Source: a bacterium (GTDB lineage Bacteria > UBP14 > UBA6098). Taken from it: a stretch of DNA of 46,522 nucleotides. Every line of letters starts with the position of its first letter. The stretch's first letter is position 1. The stretch covers positions 1 through 46,522 of the forward strand of contig QNEE01000002.1 in NCBI GenBank assembly GCA_003645085.1, read 5' to 3'. A model generated the notes under the pieces. It saw only the letters and a program-made list of their open reading frames with translations, was not told the DNA's origin and searched no databases. The translations under genes were made by a program, and so were the position numbers. Positions 36,191 to 46,270 of the stretch are shown one piece after another.

Positions 36191-36387
36191 GCTTTAATTG
36201 ATAAAGATAGGCTATCCGCAAAAATCGGGCTGTCAAGAACATTTCGGCGGATAACCGTTTGCCCGAGAAGATTTAGCCAACCTCGGCACACCGTTTGTAG
36301 ATTTATAAGTCGGAAATCGCGAAAAGTTAGTAATGAAAATGAATGGTAAATTAACAAAGGAATAGGCCTGGAATTAGAGTTCCGTCC

Positions 36388-36906
36388 TTAATCCCTTGCG
36401 GTAGAGATAATCACATATATATCGTCGTCGTCGTAAATGTTCCGGCCGACTCCGTTTGGTCCGAAAGACCCCACAACGGCGTATGTCTTACCGTCGATTT
36501 GGTAATCGGCATCGAAAAAGTAATCGTTACCCCAGGGGTCTTTAATGAATTCGTTGTAATAAGGACCGTTCCAATTGGGGTAAGGGCAGCGAGGGTCGTT
36601 TGTAAGTAGGCCGCTGCGCGGGAATTCGAGCACCCAGACCTCGTTGGCTTCTCCGTCGAGAGTCTCCCCGTCGTAACACGACCTACCGGCGGGGCAATGC
36701 CCCGGCCACTGGCCGGTATCGGCACCGAGCGCCTCGATACATTTGGCGATGGCATTACATTGAAGGCGCGCTTCCGCGCCCAAAGCCCTATCGCGAACGC
36801 CACTGTAAGAACCTATAGCAAGAGCAGTGAGAACCCCGATAATAACAACGACTATCATCAGCTCGATAAGCGTAAAACCCCTATTATGATTGCTATGCAA
36901 TATCAT
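36388..36906 (-). CDS. GspG-like major pseudopilin / prepilin-type N-methylation protein
   Basis: RGFTLIELMIVVVIIGVL, WNGPY...KDPWGNDY, SFGPNG....DDDDI. Confidence 0.82.
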   Translation of the reverse strand: MILHSNHNRGFTLIELMIVVVIIGVLTALAIGSYSGVRDRALGAEARLQCNAIAKCIEALGADTGQWPGHCPAGRSCYDGETLDGEANEVWVLEFPRSGLLTNDPRCPYPNWNGPYYNEFIKDPWGNDYFFDADYQIDGKTYAVVGSFGPNGVGRNIYDDDDIYVIISTARD

Positions 36907-36957
36907 AACACACCTCTACTTTCCAACTCCTTATAGCTGGACTAGCCGCTTACTAGT

Positions 36958-36986
36958 ATAATACTTATTTACTAATCTTTTGTCAA
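36958..36986 (-). promoter_or_regulatory. Sigma70-type promoter TTGACA-17-TATTAT for the pilin gene
   Basis: Reverse complement of ataata...tgtcaa. Confidence 0.65.
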
Positions 36987-37069
36987 GTCCGATGGTAAAA
37001 AAGTGTCGGCTACAAGGAACATAGAACTTACCTTGTTTTAGAATGATTCCTGCAAAATAGGATAATCCC

Positions 37070-37185
37070 GTCATTGTCCAACGGCCTCGGGAAAAGCCCC
37101 GATTTAATTAGGACATGGCAATCTCATCTTATTGTATAGTAATCACTTATCGAGATTGCTTCGTCGCTTCGCTTCTCGCAATGAC
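37070..37185. repeat. GTCATTG...GGCAATCTC...GAGATTGCTTCGTCG...CTCGCAATGAC palindromic dispersed repeat
   Basis: Inverted termini gtcattg / caatgac and an internal gcaatctc / gagattgc pair. Confidence 0.72.
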
Positions 37186-37390
37186 GTATTATTCTTTTAT
37201 TTTGCAGAAAACATTGAATATTGCAGAATGGAGGGTTCTGTCTTTTCGGGCAAAAGCGAGAAATCTTATTCGTTGTTATCTAAAAAGGTTTTTATCGTTA
37301 GTGGTCCCACAATCGGATGCAAGCACTCGAAATAAAATAAAAAAAGGACGGACTCAATGCCCGCCCCAAAAACGGATTTACCTATTTTGG

Positions 37391-39625
37391 TTAAAAATCG
37401 AGCGTTAACGAGGCGGAATAACTGCGAATTGGGGCGAGGTTGCGTTCGATTTCGGTGTAGTTCCAATTCAGTAAATTGGAAACCTTAAACTGCAGCGTAG
37501 CAAATCTGTAAGTGAACTTGTTCGCGACGTCGATAACGCGCTGGTCCGAGACCTCGTCGTCGAGGTATAGCCCCGGTTCGAATTCGCTTTTGTAGCGGGC
37601 ATCGACAATCAAAGCGCCGTGCTTCCAATAATCGACCTTCGCGGCGATTACGAAATTGTGTTTCGGTCTATACGGCAGGTGAACGGTTTCACCGGTTGAA
37701 TCGGATTCGGTAACATTAATCGCTTCCGTGAACAAGTAGCTGGCATTAAAGTCGGCGTTTGAGAGAATATCGACTATTTTTTTGGCAAGGAGCCAGCGGA
37801 TGGCATCTCCCATATTCCATTTAAAAGAGGCCTCGACGCCGAATATGTTCGCATCCTGAATATTCCGGAATTGAACCTGATTGCCGACACCTGTGGGAAC
37901 CGGCTCTATCATATCGGAATACCAGTTGTTGAAAACGGCGACATCGAGCATCTGCCTTCCGAAAATCCAGTTCACGCCGCCTTCGGCACTGAACGCTTGT
38001 TCGGCCTTGAGATACGGATTCGGCTGGACGTTTATAATACCCGCGGCTCTTATCTCGCTGAAAAGCTCGGCCATAGTTGGCATTCTGAAACCCGTTCCGA
38101 AATTACCACGCGCAGCGATGTTGTCGGCGATATGATACACAATCCCGATTTTCGGATTAAGCTGACCGTATGTTTCCCCTTCGTATGTATCGACGGAGTT
38201 TACATGGAATATATCCCCTCTAACTCCAATTGTCGCGACAATCGGGTCGAAAGTGCTAATCTCGTCCTGGGCGTAGACAGCGGCGCCAAAACCTGTTCTT
38301 TTACCGAATATATTAGCATCGATAATCGCCATCGAGAGGTCGGTTCCTGATGTAAAACGGTGGTTTTCGAACGGAATCAGTGTGTATTGGGCATCCACGC
38401 CTGCCCTCGTCGATTTGCTATAGTGATTATCGTAACCGTCGGCGCCGTCAGAAAGAGCGTCATACCAGCAATTGTAATTGATATGCCCTTTCACGCTCCA
38501 GTGTTTTTTACCACCATCGGAACTACCGTCATAAACGGTATTAAGCTGGAATTTGCTCGACCATACCCTGTCACTAAGTTTGGTCGAATCGACCTCGAGC
38601 GCGGCTGATTGGCCTTTCCAGGCAAGACCGCTTCCGCGGTCCTCATAAGCGATATTGGTGAGGATACTTAGTTTGTTCGCGCCGTTCAGGTTACAGGTCG
38701 CTTTCCCGAAGAACTGTCCACGGTAATAATCGTCGGCCTGACGATAGCTATCGTTACGTTTCTCTTCGAGATTAAAAAGCAACCCCCAATTGCCGAGTTT
38801 GCGGGCGTGTTCGAGAGACAACCGATGGTAATGACGTATATCGTCGCCCCACCATCGCCAGGCGTCGTAAGCGGGTTTGTCCCAATAACCAATCTCGGTT
38901 ATTACCCTGTAGCTTTCTTTCTTTTCAGGTCTGCGGGTTATAAAGTTGATTACACCGCCCATCGCGTTTGAGCCGTAAAGCGCGCTACCGGCCGATTTTA
39001 CAACCTCCATCTGCTGCACCTGACCGATTGGTAACGCGTCCCATTTTATCTCGCCTGTATCGCCTGCGAGTATGGGAACACCGTCGATCATAACAAGCAC
39101 CCGGCTGCCGACGCCTTTTGCGAACCCGGTGGAATTGCGTATCGACACCTGGTCGTCACTCATCGAAACACCGGGAACGAAACGCATAGCCTCGTCAGCA
39201 GAGAGAAAATTACGCTCGGCGATTTGCTCGGCCTCGACAACGCTCGTGGTCATAGGGCTATCCTGCAGCTTCTGGCGGGTGCGGCTCGCGGTAACAATCA
39301 CCGGCTGGGAAATATAAGCCACAGGTAGAAGCTTGAAACTTATTTTCTGGTCGGCGACGATGGTAACGTCCTGACTCGTGGTTTCATAGCCCATCATAGA
39401 CACCCGGAATTCGTATGTTCCACTAGCGAGACCGTCTATTATATACTCCCCGGATAGGTTCGTCGAAGCGCCTTTATTCGTCCCGACTACGAATACATTA
39501 GCGCCGGGCAACGGGTCGTTGTTTTCGTCCGTTATCACGCCGGTTACCATGTGGGATTCCTCCGCGGATATGCATGGCGCGATTCCAATTAATATAAGTG
39601 CAATTATGAAATATATGTTTTTCAT
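37391..39625 (-). CDS. TonB-dependent receptor with N-terminal carboxypeptidase-regulatory-like domain
   Basis: PLPGANV, VIVTASR, EVVKSAGSALYGSNAMGGVINFIT plug motif, NLLN...Y, C-terminal ...SLTLDF. Confidence 0.92.
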   Translation of the reverse strand: MKNIYFIIALILIGIAPCISAEESHMVTGVITDENNDPLPGANVFVVGTNKGASTNLSGEYIIDGLASGTYEFRVSMMGYETTSQDVTIVADQKISFKLLPVAYISQPVIVTASRTRQKLQDSPMTTSVVEAEQIAERNFLSADEAMRFVPGVSMSDDQVSIRNSTGFAKGVGSRVLVMIDGVPILAGDTGEIKWDALPIGQVQQMEVVKSAGSALYGSNAMGGVINFITRRPEKKESYRVITEIGYWDKPAYDAWRWWGDDIRHYHRLSLEHARKLGNWGLLFNLEEKRNDSYRQADDYYRGQFFGKATCNLNGANKLSILTNIAYEDRGSGLAWKGQSAALEVDSTKLSDRVWSSKFQLNTVYDGSSDGGKKHWSVKGHINYNCWYDALSDGADGYDNHYSKSTRAGVDAQYTLIPFENHRFTSGTDLSMAIIDANIFGKRTGFGAAVYAQDEISTFDPIVATIGVRGDIFHVNSVDTYEGETYGQLNPKIGIVYHIADNIAARGNFGTGFRMPTMAELFSEIRAAGIINVQPNPYLKAEQAFSAEGGVNWIFGRQMLDVAVFNNWYSDMIEPVPTGVGNQVQFRNIQDANIFGVEASFKWNMGDAIRWLLAKKIVDILSNADFNASYLFTEAINVTESDSTGETVHLPYRPKHNFVIAAKVDYWKHGALIVDARYKSEFEPGLYLDDEVSDQRVIDVANKFTYRFATLQFKVSNLLNWNYTEIERNLAPIRSYSASLTLDF

Positions 39626-39637
39626 ATTCGGTCCTTA

Positions 39638-40165
39638 TTATCCTATCAGATGGAATCTTTCATCGGGAGAGTTACCGACCCCCTGATACGGCACCGTGAA
39701 ATCTATTTCTATCTCTATAAACGGCAGCTCGTCTTCTCCGACGATTACTTTACCCAGCGTATCGGGGTCCAAAGGGTCTCTGTATTCCGCCGCGAGGTTC
39801 CTCCAACCGATATCGGGATTTTCGAGGTCCAAAGAGGCGCTGTCGAGAATCGCTACAAAAACCCATCCGTAGTTTCCCGCCGGAAGTTCGATATAAAAAT
39901 ACGCCGAGTCCCAACCCTCCGTAACCATCTTATTCGGGAACGGATAGTAACCCGACAAAAGTTGCATATCCAGAACGAGTTCTTCGGGTTTTTCCTCGAC
40001 TATACACAAGAAGCAATTAACAGCCTCTTCCGGCCAATCCCCTTTTACTATTACATTTCCCTCGACCGCGGTAAAACGTGGTTTAAGGCCGTGTTCACAA
40101 TTGCTTCCTAAAGAAAAAACCGCGATTGAAGCGATTATCAGACAAAAACAGGTCCGTTTCAGCAT
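39638..40165 (-). CDS. Hypothetical lipoprotein co-oriented upstream of the TonB-dependent receptor
   Basis: Signal with FSLGSNC lipobox-like motif. Confidence 0.55.
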   Translation of the reverse strand: MLKRTCFCLIIASIAVFSLGSNCEHGLKPRFTAVEGNVIVKGDWPEEAVNCFLCIVEEKPEELVLDMQLLSGYYPFPNKMVTEGWDSAYFYIELPAGNYGWVFVAILDSASLDLENPDIGWRNLAAEYRDPLDPDTLGKVIVGEDELPFIEIEIDFTVPYQGVGNSPDERFHLIG

Positions 40166-40201
40166 ATTCCCCCTGAAGCAATATATGGATTATCGATTAC
40201 A

Positions 40202-40230
40202 ATTATAGGAAATCTGATATGGAAAGTCAA
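40202..40230 (-). promoter_or_regulatory. Sigma70-type promoter TTGACT-17-TATAAT
   Basis: Reverse complement of attata...agtcaa. Confidence 0.72.
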
Positions 40231-40337
40231 GCGTATTTATTGTGCCAGCGGTTTTATTCTATAATAATCTAAAATAGAATAATACATTATAATATATACC
40301 CAAAGCCCGTTTTAGGTGAGGATAAAAAACCGCTATT

Positions 40338-41258
40338 TTATTCGGGGACGTCGGATTCGTCGACGAGAGAATACGAGACTTTTTGGTCCTGGAAATATGT
40401 AAAGACGTTTTCTTCCTGTGTTTCTTGTTCTACACTTGTAATCTTGAACTCTACAATCCAGTTAAACGTAGAATAAACCGGGTGGCCGGCCTCAAACGCG
40501 AAATACACGATACCATTACCCTCGCCCCTGCCTTCGTTATAATAATCATACATTTTACCTTCGGCCTCGAAAACACCTTCTCCGGTATTGTCGATAACGA
40601 TTTTAATTTTGCATTTGACGCACGGGTACCCGTCGCGCTCGACAAAATCCACTACTGTATAGGTTTTCGTGGTTTGCTGGTGCATATCGCCGTCTTTCGT
40701 CGAAACGTCCATAGAGTTCACCCGCTCCCAGACGGAGCCTACCTTAATAGGTTCGGTTGGAAAATGGTCGAAGAAAATCGAGGCGTAATTACTCGCCATC
40801 ATTTCCCCCCGGTCGATACCGGATTCGTCTGGTTCCAGGTCTTCGAGTCCGGACCAGTCCACAAGTTTGCCGTCGGGACCGACGACAATAGTAAGCGCCT
40901 GGCCGATAAGTTCGCTTTCTTCATCGACCAACTCGTAACCGCTGTCTTTGAATATACCTGTTTCGTCATAGAGAAAACGATAGGTTACGGAGGTCGTGTC
41001 GTTTGCTACGGAATTGACGGTAAACGCTTCGTATGCGGTCGATTTGGATAGGGTGCTTTCGTGGTAGCCGCTTTTTGTGAACTCGGTATGGTCGTCTGTG
41101 TCCGAGCGCAGGTAGATAGTTTTCCCGACGGCTGGCGCGTATGAAACCTCGACACCGTTCGTAATATAATCACCGACCAGTTTTTTATCGCCTCCGCAAC
41201 CGAAAAAGAGAATTGGGGCCAGCCAAGCTACGATGAATAGTCTAACCAAATTTTTCAT
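40338..41258 (-). CDS. Hypothetical lipoprotein
   Basis: Start at ATG 41258 (GGAGG SD), MKNLVRLFIVAWLAPILFFGC lipobox; the upstream ORF extension runs through a repeat. Confidence 0.62.
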   Translation of the reverse strand: MKNLVRLFIVAWLAPILFFGCGGDKKLVGDYITNGVEVSYAPAVGKTIYLRSDTDDHTEFTKSGYHESTLSKSTAYEAFTVNSVANDTTSVTYRFLYDETGIFKDSGYELVDEESELIGQALTIVVGPDGKLVDWSGLEDLEPDESGIDRGEMMASNYASIFFDHFPTEPIKVGSVWERVNSMDVSTKDGDMHQQTTKTYTVVDFVERDGYPCVKCKIKIVIDNTGEGVFEAEGKMYDYYNEGRGEGNGIVYFAFEAGHPVYSTFNWIVEFKITSVEQETQEENVFTYFQDQKVSYSLVDESDVPE

Positions 41259-41311
41259 AGTTCCTCCAGTGTCTGTTGAAATTATGCCTTCTACAGAATA
41301 GCCAGTAAATA

Positions 41312-41387
41312 TCATTTCGCGGAGCGGAGCAACGAAAAATCTTTTGAATGACAACAGCATAAGATTTCTCTTTTCGGTCGAAATGAC
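41312..41387. repeat. (G)TCATTTCG...AGATTTCTC...GTCGAAATGAC dispersed repeat
   Basis: Same family as 11473-11547. Confidence 0.72.
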
Positions 41388-41425
41388 AAAATTCTCTATT
41401 TTGCAAGATTCGCTGTTGAAATTAG

Positions 41426-42034
41426 TTAAAATGTAACGCCGATAAAAAGCGTATGTTCCAATGAATTCGCTATCGCATAGTATTCATAACCGAGATAGAA
41501 TTTATTTATCTGGATTTTTGCTCTGGGCTTGATATAGCCCTCGAATTCGGTTTCCGAGTAACTCGATTGGTCTGTCGCCGGTCCGGTAGTCGATTTTTTA
41601 ATATCGTCGTAACCGGATATATTAGCTACGAAACCTCCGCCAAGGGCGAGAGAAAAAACGAATTTGTCGATATTTAATAATCTATAACTTAAAATAGTCC
41701 CTGCCAGAAAGGATATATCGGTGCCTCTTTGAATCCAGACATCATATTTTGCGGTATCCGACGGTTCGGGGCTTGTCATAATATCCAGGCTGTCCTCCCA
41801 GCTCGATAACACGTCGATACCTACATCGAAACCCCAGCGCGCGTTTTCGCCGAACAGCTTAAAATCGATGTTTCCTCCGAAACCTATAGGCAAGGCGTTG
41901 TGCCCGGCCTTGCTTCCTATTTTGCCCTCGAACCCGATAATTACGAGGTTTTCCTGCCCCGTTTTCGCCGATATTGGAATAATGCCCGTGAGTAACACAA
42001 AAATAACAATAAGTGTTATCATATACCATTTCAT
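41426..42034 (-). CDS. Exported hypothetical protein, probable small outer-membrane beta-barrel
   Basis: Signal peptide, amphipathic strands, C-terminal ...TLFIGVTF. Confidence 0.55.
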   Translation of the reverse strand: MKWYMITLIVIFVLLTGIIPISAKTGQENLVIIGFEGKIGSKAGHNALPIGFGGNIDFKLFGENARWGFDVGIDVLSSWEDSLDIMTSPEPSDTAKYDVWIQRGTDISFLAGTILSYRLLNIDKFVFSLALGGGFVANISGYDDIKKSTTGPATDQSSYSETEFEGYIKPRAKIQINKFYLGYEYYAIANSLEHTLFIGVTF

Positions 42035-42945
42035 TTACCGCTCCCCATTTCTTTATTCACCTCGTCCGAATTCGAAATACCGCGCGTATCGGCGGTTATA
42101 ATTCGTTCGACCAAACCCTGTAACACCCTCCCGGGACCGATTTCGACGAAGGTATCGAAACCGTCCTCGCTCATCGCGCGTATTTGGTTAGTCCACAAAA
42201 CCGGTCTTGTTATTTGCTCTATGAGCAACTCGCGAATCTCATCGGGGTTTTCAGCGCGGGCGCCGCTCGCATTAGCATAAAACGGGACTTTCGGTTCTGA
42301 GAATTCTATTTTGCGAAGCCTTTTTGCCATCGCTTCTTTCGTTTCGCGCATAAGTGGAGAATGGAAAGCCGCGGAAACCGGCAATCTGATAACTTTACGG
42401 GCGTTCGCGCTCACTTTTAAAGCCTCGGAGGCTTCATCCAGTAAATCCTCATCGCCGGAAACGACCATCTGACCGGGCGCATTGCAATTCGCCACAACGA
42501 GGACCCCTTTATCTTTGAAAGATTCTACGACCTCGAAAACCTTACCGTCATCGGCACCGAGCGGCGCGAGCATACCCCCCGAACGTGCACGCGACATAAG
42601 TTTCCCGCGTTCGACAACGCAGGTCAAAGCTTCGTCGAAACCCAAAACTCCCGCAGCGTAAAGAGCGGTGTATTCGCCGAGAGAATGACCTGCGACGCCG
42701 TCGAATTGTGCGCTGTCGCCGAGAGAGTGCAGTATCGCCACGCTATTAATAAACAAACTCGGCTGTGTGATTTCTGTTTGCGTTAGGGTGTGCTTATCCC
42801 CCTCGAACGATATCTCCGCCCAATCGACACCGGTAATTTTCTTTGCCTTCTCGTATATATCGCGCGCTTCGCGAAACGCATCGTAAAGGTCTTTTCCCAT
42901 TCCGGGTTTCTGGCTACCCTGTCCGGGAAATATATATGCAATCAT
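42031..42945 (-). CDS. fabD: Malonyl-CoA-ACP transacylase
   Basis: FPGQGSQ, TQP, GHSLGEY, AFHS, FVEIGPG. Confidence 0.97.
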   Translation of the reverse strand: MIAYIFPGQGSQKPGMGKDLYDAFREARDIYEKAKKITGVDWAEISFEGDKHTLTQTEITQPSLFINSVAILHSLGDSAQFDGVAGHSLGEYTALYAAGVLGFDEALTCVVERGKLMSRARSGGMLAPLGADDGKVFEVVESFKDKGVLVVANCNAPGQMVVSGDEDLLDEASEALKVSANARKVIRLPVSAAFHSPLMRETKEAMAKRLRKIEFSEPKVPFYANASGARAENPDEIRELLIEQITRPVLWTNQIRAMSEDGFDTFVEIGPGRVLQGLVERIITADTRGISNSDEVNKEMGSGK

Positions 42946-42989
42946 AATAAGGTTATAAAAGGTTTGTCGAGTTATCTATATTCGTATAA

Positions 42990-43973
42990 TTAGAAACGAA
43001 TGACGTTGCTTCCCCATGTGAATCCTGCGCCGAAAGCGACGAGCAAGACATCGTCGCCGTGCTTGATTTTTCCAGATTTGAGCGCCTCGTCGAGCGCTAT
43101 TGGCACGCTGGACGCGCTGGTGTTACCGTATTTATCGATAGTAATAATTACTCTGTCCATCGGCATTTTCAGGCGTTTCGCTGTAAATTCGATAATCCGT
43201 ATATTTGCTTGGTGCGGTATCAGCCAGTCCAGGTCTTCGACATCGATATTCGCGTTCTTGAGGCCCTCGACGCTGGCCTCTTCCATCGCCCTGACGGCGG
43301 TCTTAAAAGTTTCGTTGCCCAGCATATGCAATGTGTGGAGTTTTTCATCGAGCGTTTTCTGGCTGGGCGGCATAAGGCTTCCACCTGCGGGTAATTTAAG
43401 GTAATCGGCGACACTGCCATCGCCGGACCAGTATTTACCGACAATGCCGACATCGTCGTTTTCCGACGGCCCTACGACCGCCGCACCGGCGCCGTCTCCG
43501 AAAAGCACGCAGGTGCTGCGGTCTTCCCAGTTGACAATTTTAGTAAGCTCTTCGACTGCAACAACCAGTATATGTTTTGCAGAACCCGTTTTTATCAGCG
43601 AATCCGCGAGTATCAGACCGTAGATAAAACCGGTGCACCCGGCGGAAAAATCGAAACCGGGAACCTGACGGCAGCCGAGTTTATTCTGCAACAAACAAGC
43701 GGTGCTGGGGAAAGCCATATCCGGTGTTACGGTGGCTACGAGGATAGCATCGATATCCTCGGGGGAAAGTCCGGCTCCGTCGATAGCCTGTCTGGCGGCC
43801 GGTAGAGCCAATTCGGATGAGGGTATATCCTCATCGACAACGCGGCGCTCCCGGATTCCCGAGCGACTAACTATCCACTCGTCCGACGTATCGACCATCT
43901 TTTCAAGGTCGGCGTTAGTCAGGATTTTCTCGGGGAGGTTCGACCCTGTCCCTAATATTCTCGTTCTCAACAT
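42990..43973 (-). CDS. fabH: 3-oxoacyl-ACP synthase III
   Basis: SDEWI..RSGI.ERR, AGCTGF, FGDGAGA, PHQAN.RI, GNTSASS, FGAGFTWG. Confidence 0.97.
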   Translation of the reverse strand: MLRTRILGTGSNLPEKILTNADLEKMVDTSDEWIVSRSGIRERRVVDEDIPSSELALPAARQAIDGAGLSPEDIDAILVATVTPDMAFPSTACLLQNKLGCRQVPGFDFSAGCTGFIYGLILADSLIKTGSAKHILVVAVEELTKIVNWEDRSTCVLFGDGAGAAVVGPSENDDVGIVGKYWSGDGSVADYLKLPAGGSLMPPSQKTLDEKLHTLHMLGNETFKTAVRAMEEASVEGLKNANIDVEDLDWLIPHQANIRIIEFTAKRLKMPMDRVIITIDKYGNTSASSVPIALDEALKSGKIKHGDDVLLVAFGAGFTWGSNVIRF

Positions 43974-45042
43974 TCTCCTTTTTAAGTCGCATATACGACG
44001 CGATTTTCTTATCGATTTGCGCGTTAACCATAACGTAAGAAAGGCTTATCGCGTTCGATATCGCCAGTGGCGTGGATTTGCCGTGACCTACAATAACGTT
44101 TCCTCGGACTCCAAGAAGCGGTGCACCACCGTATTCGGCGTAATCGAATTCGCGCATCAGTTTTTTAAATCCGCCACTCATAAGCACGCTTCCTGCCATC
44201 GAAAATAGGTTCTTCCTGCGTCCTTTTTTGGCGATTCTTTTGAAAAAACCGATACTGCCCTCCGCGAATTTCAGGATAGTGTTACCGACGAAGCCATCAG
44301 TAACAATGACATCCGCGGTGCCGTGGAGTATCTCGCCCCCCTCGATATTACCGACAAAATTCAACGTCGATTTCCGGAGTAGTTTATGCGCTTCTTTAAC
44401 TGTGGAATTCCCTTTAGTCGGTTCCGCTCCTATCGAAAGAAGCGCTACAGTCGGTCGTTTGCGTTCGAGAACTTCCTCGGCATAGAGACTTCCCATCTCG
44501 GCGAAAGACAATATATGTTCCGGTCGGGAATCGACGTTTGCACCGATATCGAGGACAATCGACGGTCTTTTTTCGAGAGTCGGAAAGAGGGTCATCAGCG
44601 CCGGTCGTTCGACACCGCCTATCTTGCCGAGCTTAACCAGCGACGATGCGACTACCGCGCCGGTATTGCCCATACTCACCAGGCCGTGCGCTTTACCGCT
44701 TACGAGTAACTCGACGGCTTTTATTATACTGCAATTAGGCCGTCGCAGGGCAAGAGTAGCCGGTTCGTTCATTCCTAGCGCATCCTCGGCGTGGATTATC
44801 TCTATTTCTTCCGGAAGGAACGATTTGCCGAGAGCTTCCTTAAGCTCGTCCTGACGACCGACCAGTTTAACGATAAGCCCCGGTTGTTCGGCGACCGCAA
44901 TAAGGGCACCTTCGAGGTTCGCGGTGGGGCCGCGGTCTCCGCCCATCGCATCGAGAGCGATAACGACCGGTTCGCCACGTGTTGTGGATTCCTTCTCCCA
45001 GCGCCGGGCAAGCCTTTTCGTATAATATATCCAGCGACCCAT
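43915..45042 (-). CDS. plsX: Phosphate acyltransferase PlsX
   Basis: IALDAMGGD, VSMGNTGA, RPAL, LDIGAN, NFVGNIEG, VTDGFVGN..LKF.EG, YGGAPLLG, GHGKS. Confidence 0.96.
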   Translation of the reverse strand: MGRWIYYTKRLARRWEKESTTRGEPVVIALDAMGGDRGPTANLEGALIAVAEQPGLIVKLVGRQDELKEALGKSFLPEEIEIIHAEDALGMNEPATLALRRPNCSIIKAVELLVSGKAHGLVSMGNTGAVVASSLVKLGKIGGVERPALMTLFPTLEKRPSIVLDIGANVDSRPEHILSFAEMGSLYAEEVLERKRPTVALLSIGAEPTKGNSTVKEAHKLLRKSTLNFVGNIEGGEILHGTADVIVTDGFVGNTILKFAEGSIGFFKRIAKKGRRKNLFSMAGSVLMSGGFKKLMREFDYAEYGGAPLLGVRGNVIVGHGKSTPLAISNAISLSYVMVNAQIDKKIASYMRLKKENVENENIRDRVEPPRENPD

Positions 45043-45059
45043 GTGCTAGACCTTAAAAG

Positions 45060-45245
45060 CTACTTACCGCCGGTAGTTATTATAGCCGCCCGACCTTTGT
45101 AAAATCCGCAATTGGGACAAACGCGGTGGGAGACCATAGGCGCTTTGCATTGCGGGCATTCCACTATATTCGGGGTTTTTGCCTTATAATGTGTGCGCCG
45201 TTTGGCTTTGCGCGTTTTGCTGGTTCTGTGCTTTGGTAGTGCCAT
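45060..45245 (-). CDS. rpmF: 50S ribosomal protein L32
   Basis: MALPKHRTSKTRKAKRR...CPQC....SHRVCPNCGFY. Confidence 0.96.
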   Translation of the reverse strand: MALPKHRTSKTRKAKRRTHYKAKTPNIVECPQCKAPMVSHRVCPNCGFYKGRAAIITTGGK

Positions 45246-45265
45246 TTTGCCTTTCGGTAATCTGT

Positions 45266-45769
45266 CTATTTTTTCGTCTTTTCAAGATGTATATTTTTCA
45301 GGCTTTCCCATCTTTCATCCACCTGTTTTTCGCCTTTCACTTTATAGGCTATCCCCGGGCAATCCTGACTGCAAAGCGGTATTCTCGGCAATCCGAGGAT
45401 TATTTCCTCGCGGATTCTCTCGGATATGTCGAGCAGTCCCGAACTCTGGTCCAGAAACGCGAAATCCTCGTCGATAAAATCGGCTATCTGCGACCCGCCG
45501 CGTTGCAGTTTTATAAACAATATTATCGTCGATTCGAAATCGTAATCGAACATCTTCAAACAACGAGAACATCTAAGGCGGATTATAGTCTCCACCCTCG
45601 CCTTGAGTGTCAGCTCGAGGCCGGAGTTTTGCGAGACTACCGATATACGGACAGGCGCGGGAAACTCACTCCCCGGATAGGATAGTCCGAGTTCCTCCGG
45701 CGAGACTGTAAGCACGAATTCGTCCCGCCCCTCTTTGATTTCAGATATTGGTAATCTTATGCCGAACAT
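45266..45769 (-). CDS. yceD: YceD/DUF177 family protein
   Basis: CSRCLK, LDISERIREEIILGLP..PLCSQDCPG, DERWESLK; located upstream of rpmF. Confidence 0.9.
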   Translation of the reverse strand: MFGIRLPISEIKEGRDEFVLTVSPEELGLSYPGSEFPAPVRISVVSQNSGLELTLKARVETIIRLRCSRCLKMFDYDFESTIILFIKLQRGGSQIADFIDEDFAFLDQSSGLLDISERIREEIILGLPRIPLCSQDCPGIAYKVKGEKQVDERWESLKNIHLEKTKK

Positions 45770-45777
45770 AGGAACGA

Positions 45778-45806
45778 ATTATATGAAAAGCCTTTCAATA
45801 AGTCAA
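45778..45806 (-). promoter_or_regulatory. Sigma70-type promoter TTGACT-17-TATAAT for yceD-rpmF-plsX-fabH-fabD
   Basis: Reverse complement of attata...agtcaa. Confidence 0.72.
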
Positions 45807-45868
45807 GGGAATTTTACTGGAGGGATATCGGAATTTAATTCGGAAAACTGCAGTAATCGTCGGTATTA

Positions 45869-46240
45869 TCAAAGCTTTAATCTGTGCTTGTTGGTTATGC
45901 TGCCGATAACGTATAGTAACACGGTTATAGCCGCGAGTGCTACGACAGGCCCGCCGAATCTCCAGAAACCCGCACCCGCCGACATATACAAATGCCCGAG
46001 TTCTCTCAATATTTGGATGAGGATAGAGGCGGTAGAACTAATTAGAAGGTATTTAAAAATTTGTCTGCCAACCGGCTGAAAAGCAAGCACCCCTGTAAGG
46101 ATTATTAGATTATCGACTATAAAAGCGCGAACTTTCGGGTGAACTTTGCCCGAAAGCGCGACTTCGATAACTCCGACCCATACAGCCGCAATTACGAATT
46201 GTAGCCAGTAAATATGGATTTTTCTTTTACGGTTGGACAT
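45869..46240 (-). CDS. Small hypothetical membrane protein (about 4 TM)
   Basis: 123 aa hydrophobic ORF downstream of dnaJ. Confidence 0.55.
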   Translation of the reverse strand: MSNRKRKIHIYWLQFVIAAVWVGVIEVALSGKVHPKVRAFIVDNLIILTGVLAFQPVGRQIFKYLLISSTASILIQILRELGHLYMSAGAGFWRFGGPVVALAAITVLLYVIGSITNKHRLKL

Positions 46241-46270
46241 TATAAATCGTTCTAATCATAATTCGAGCTA

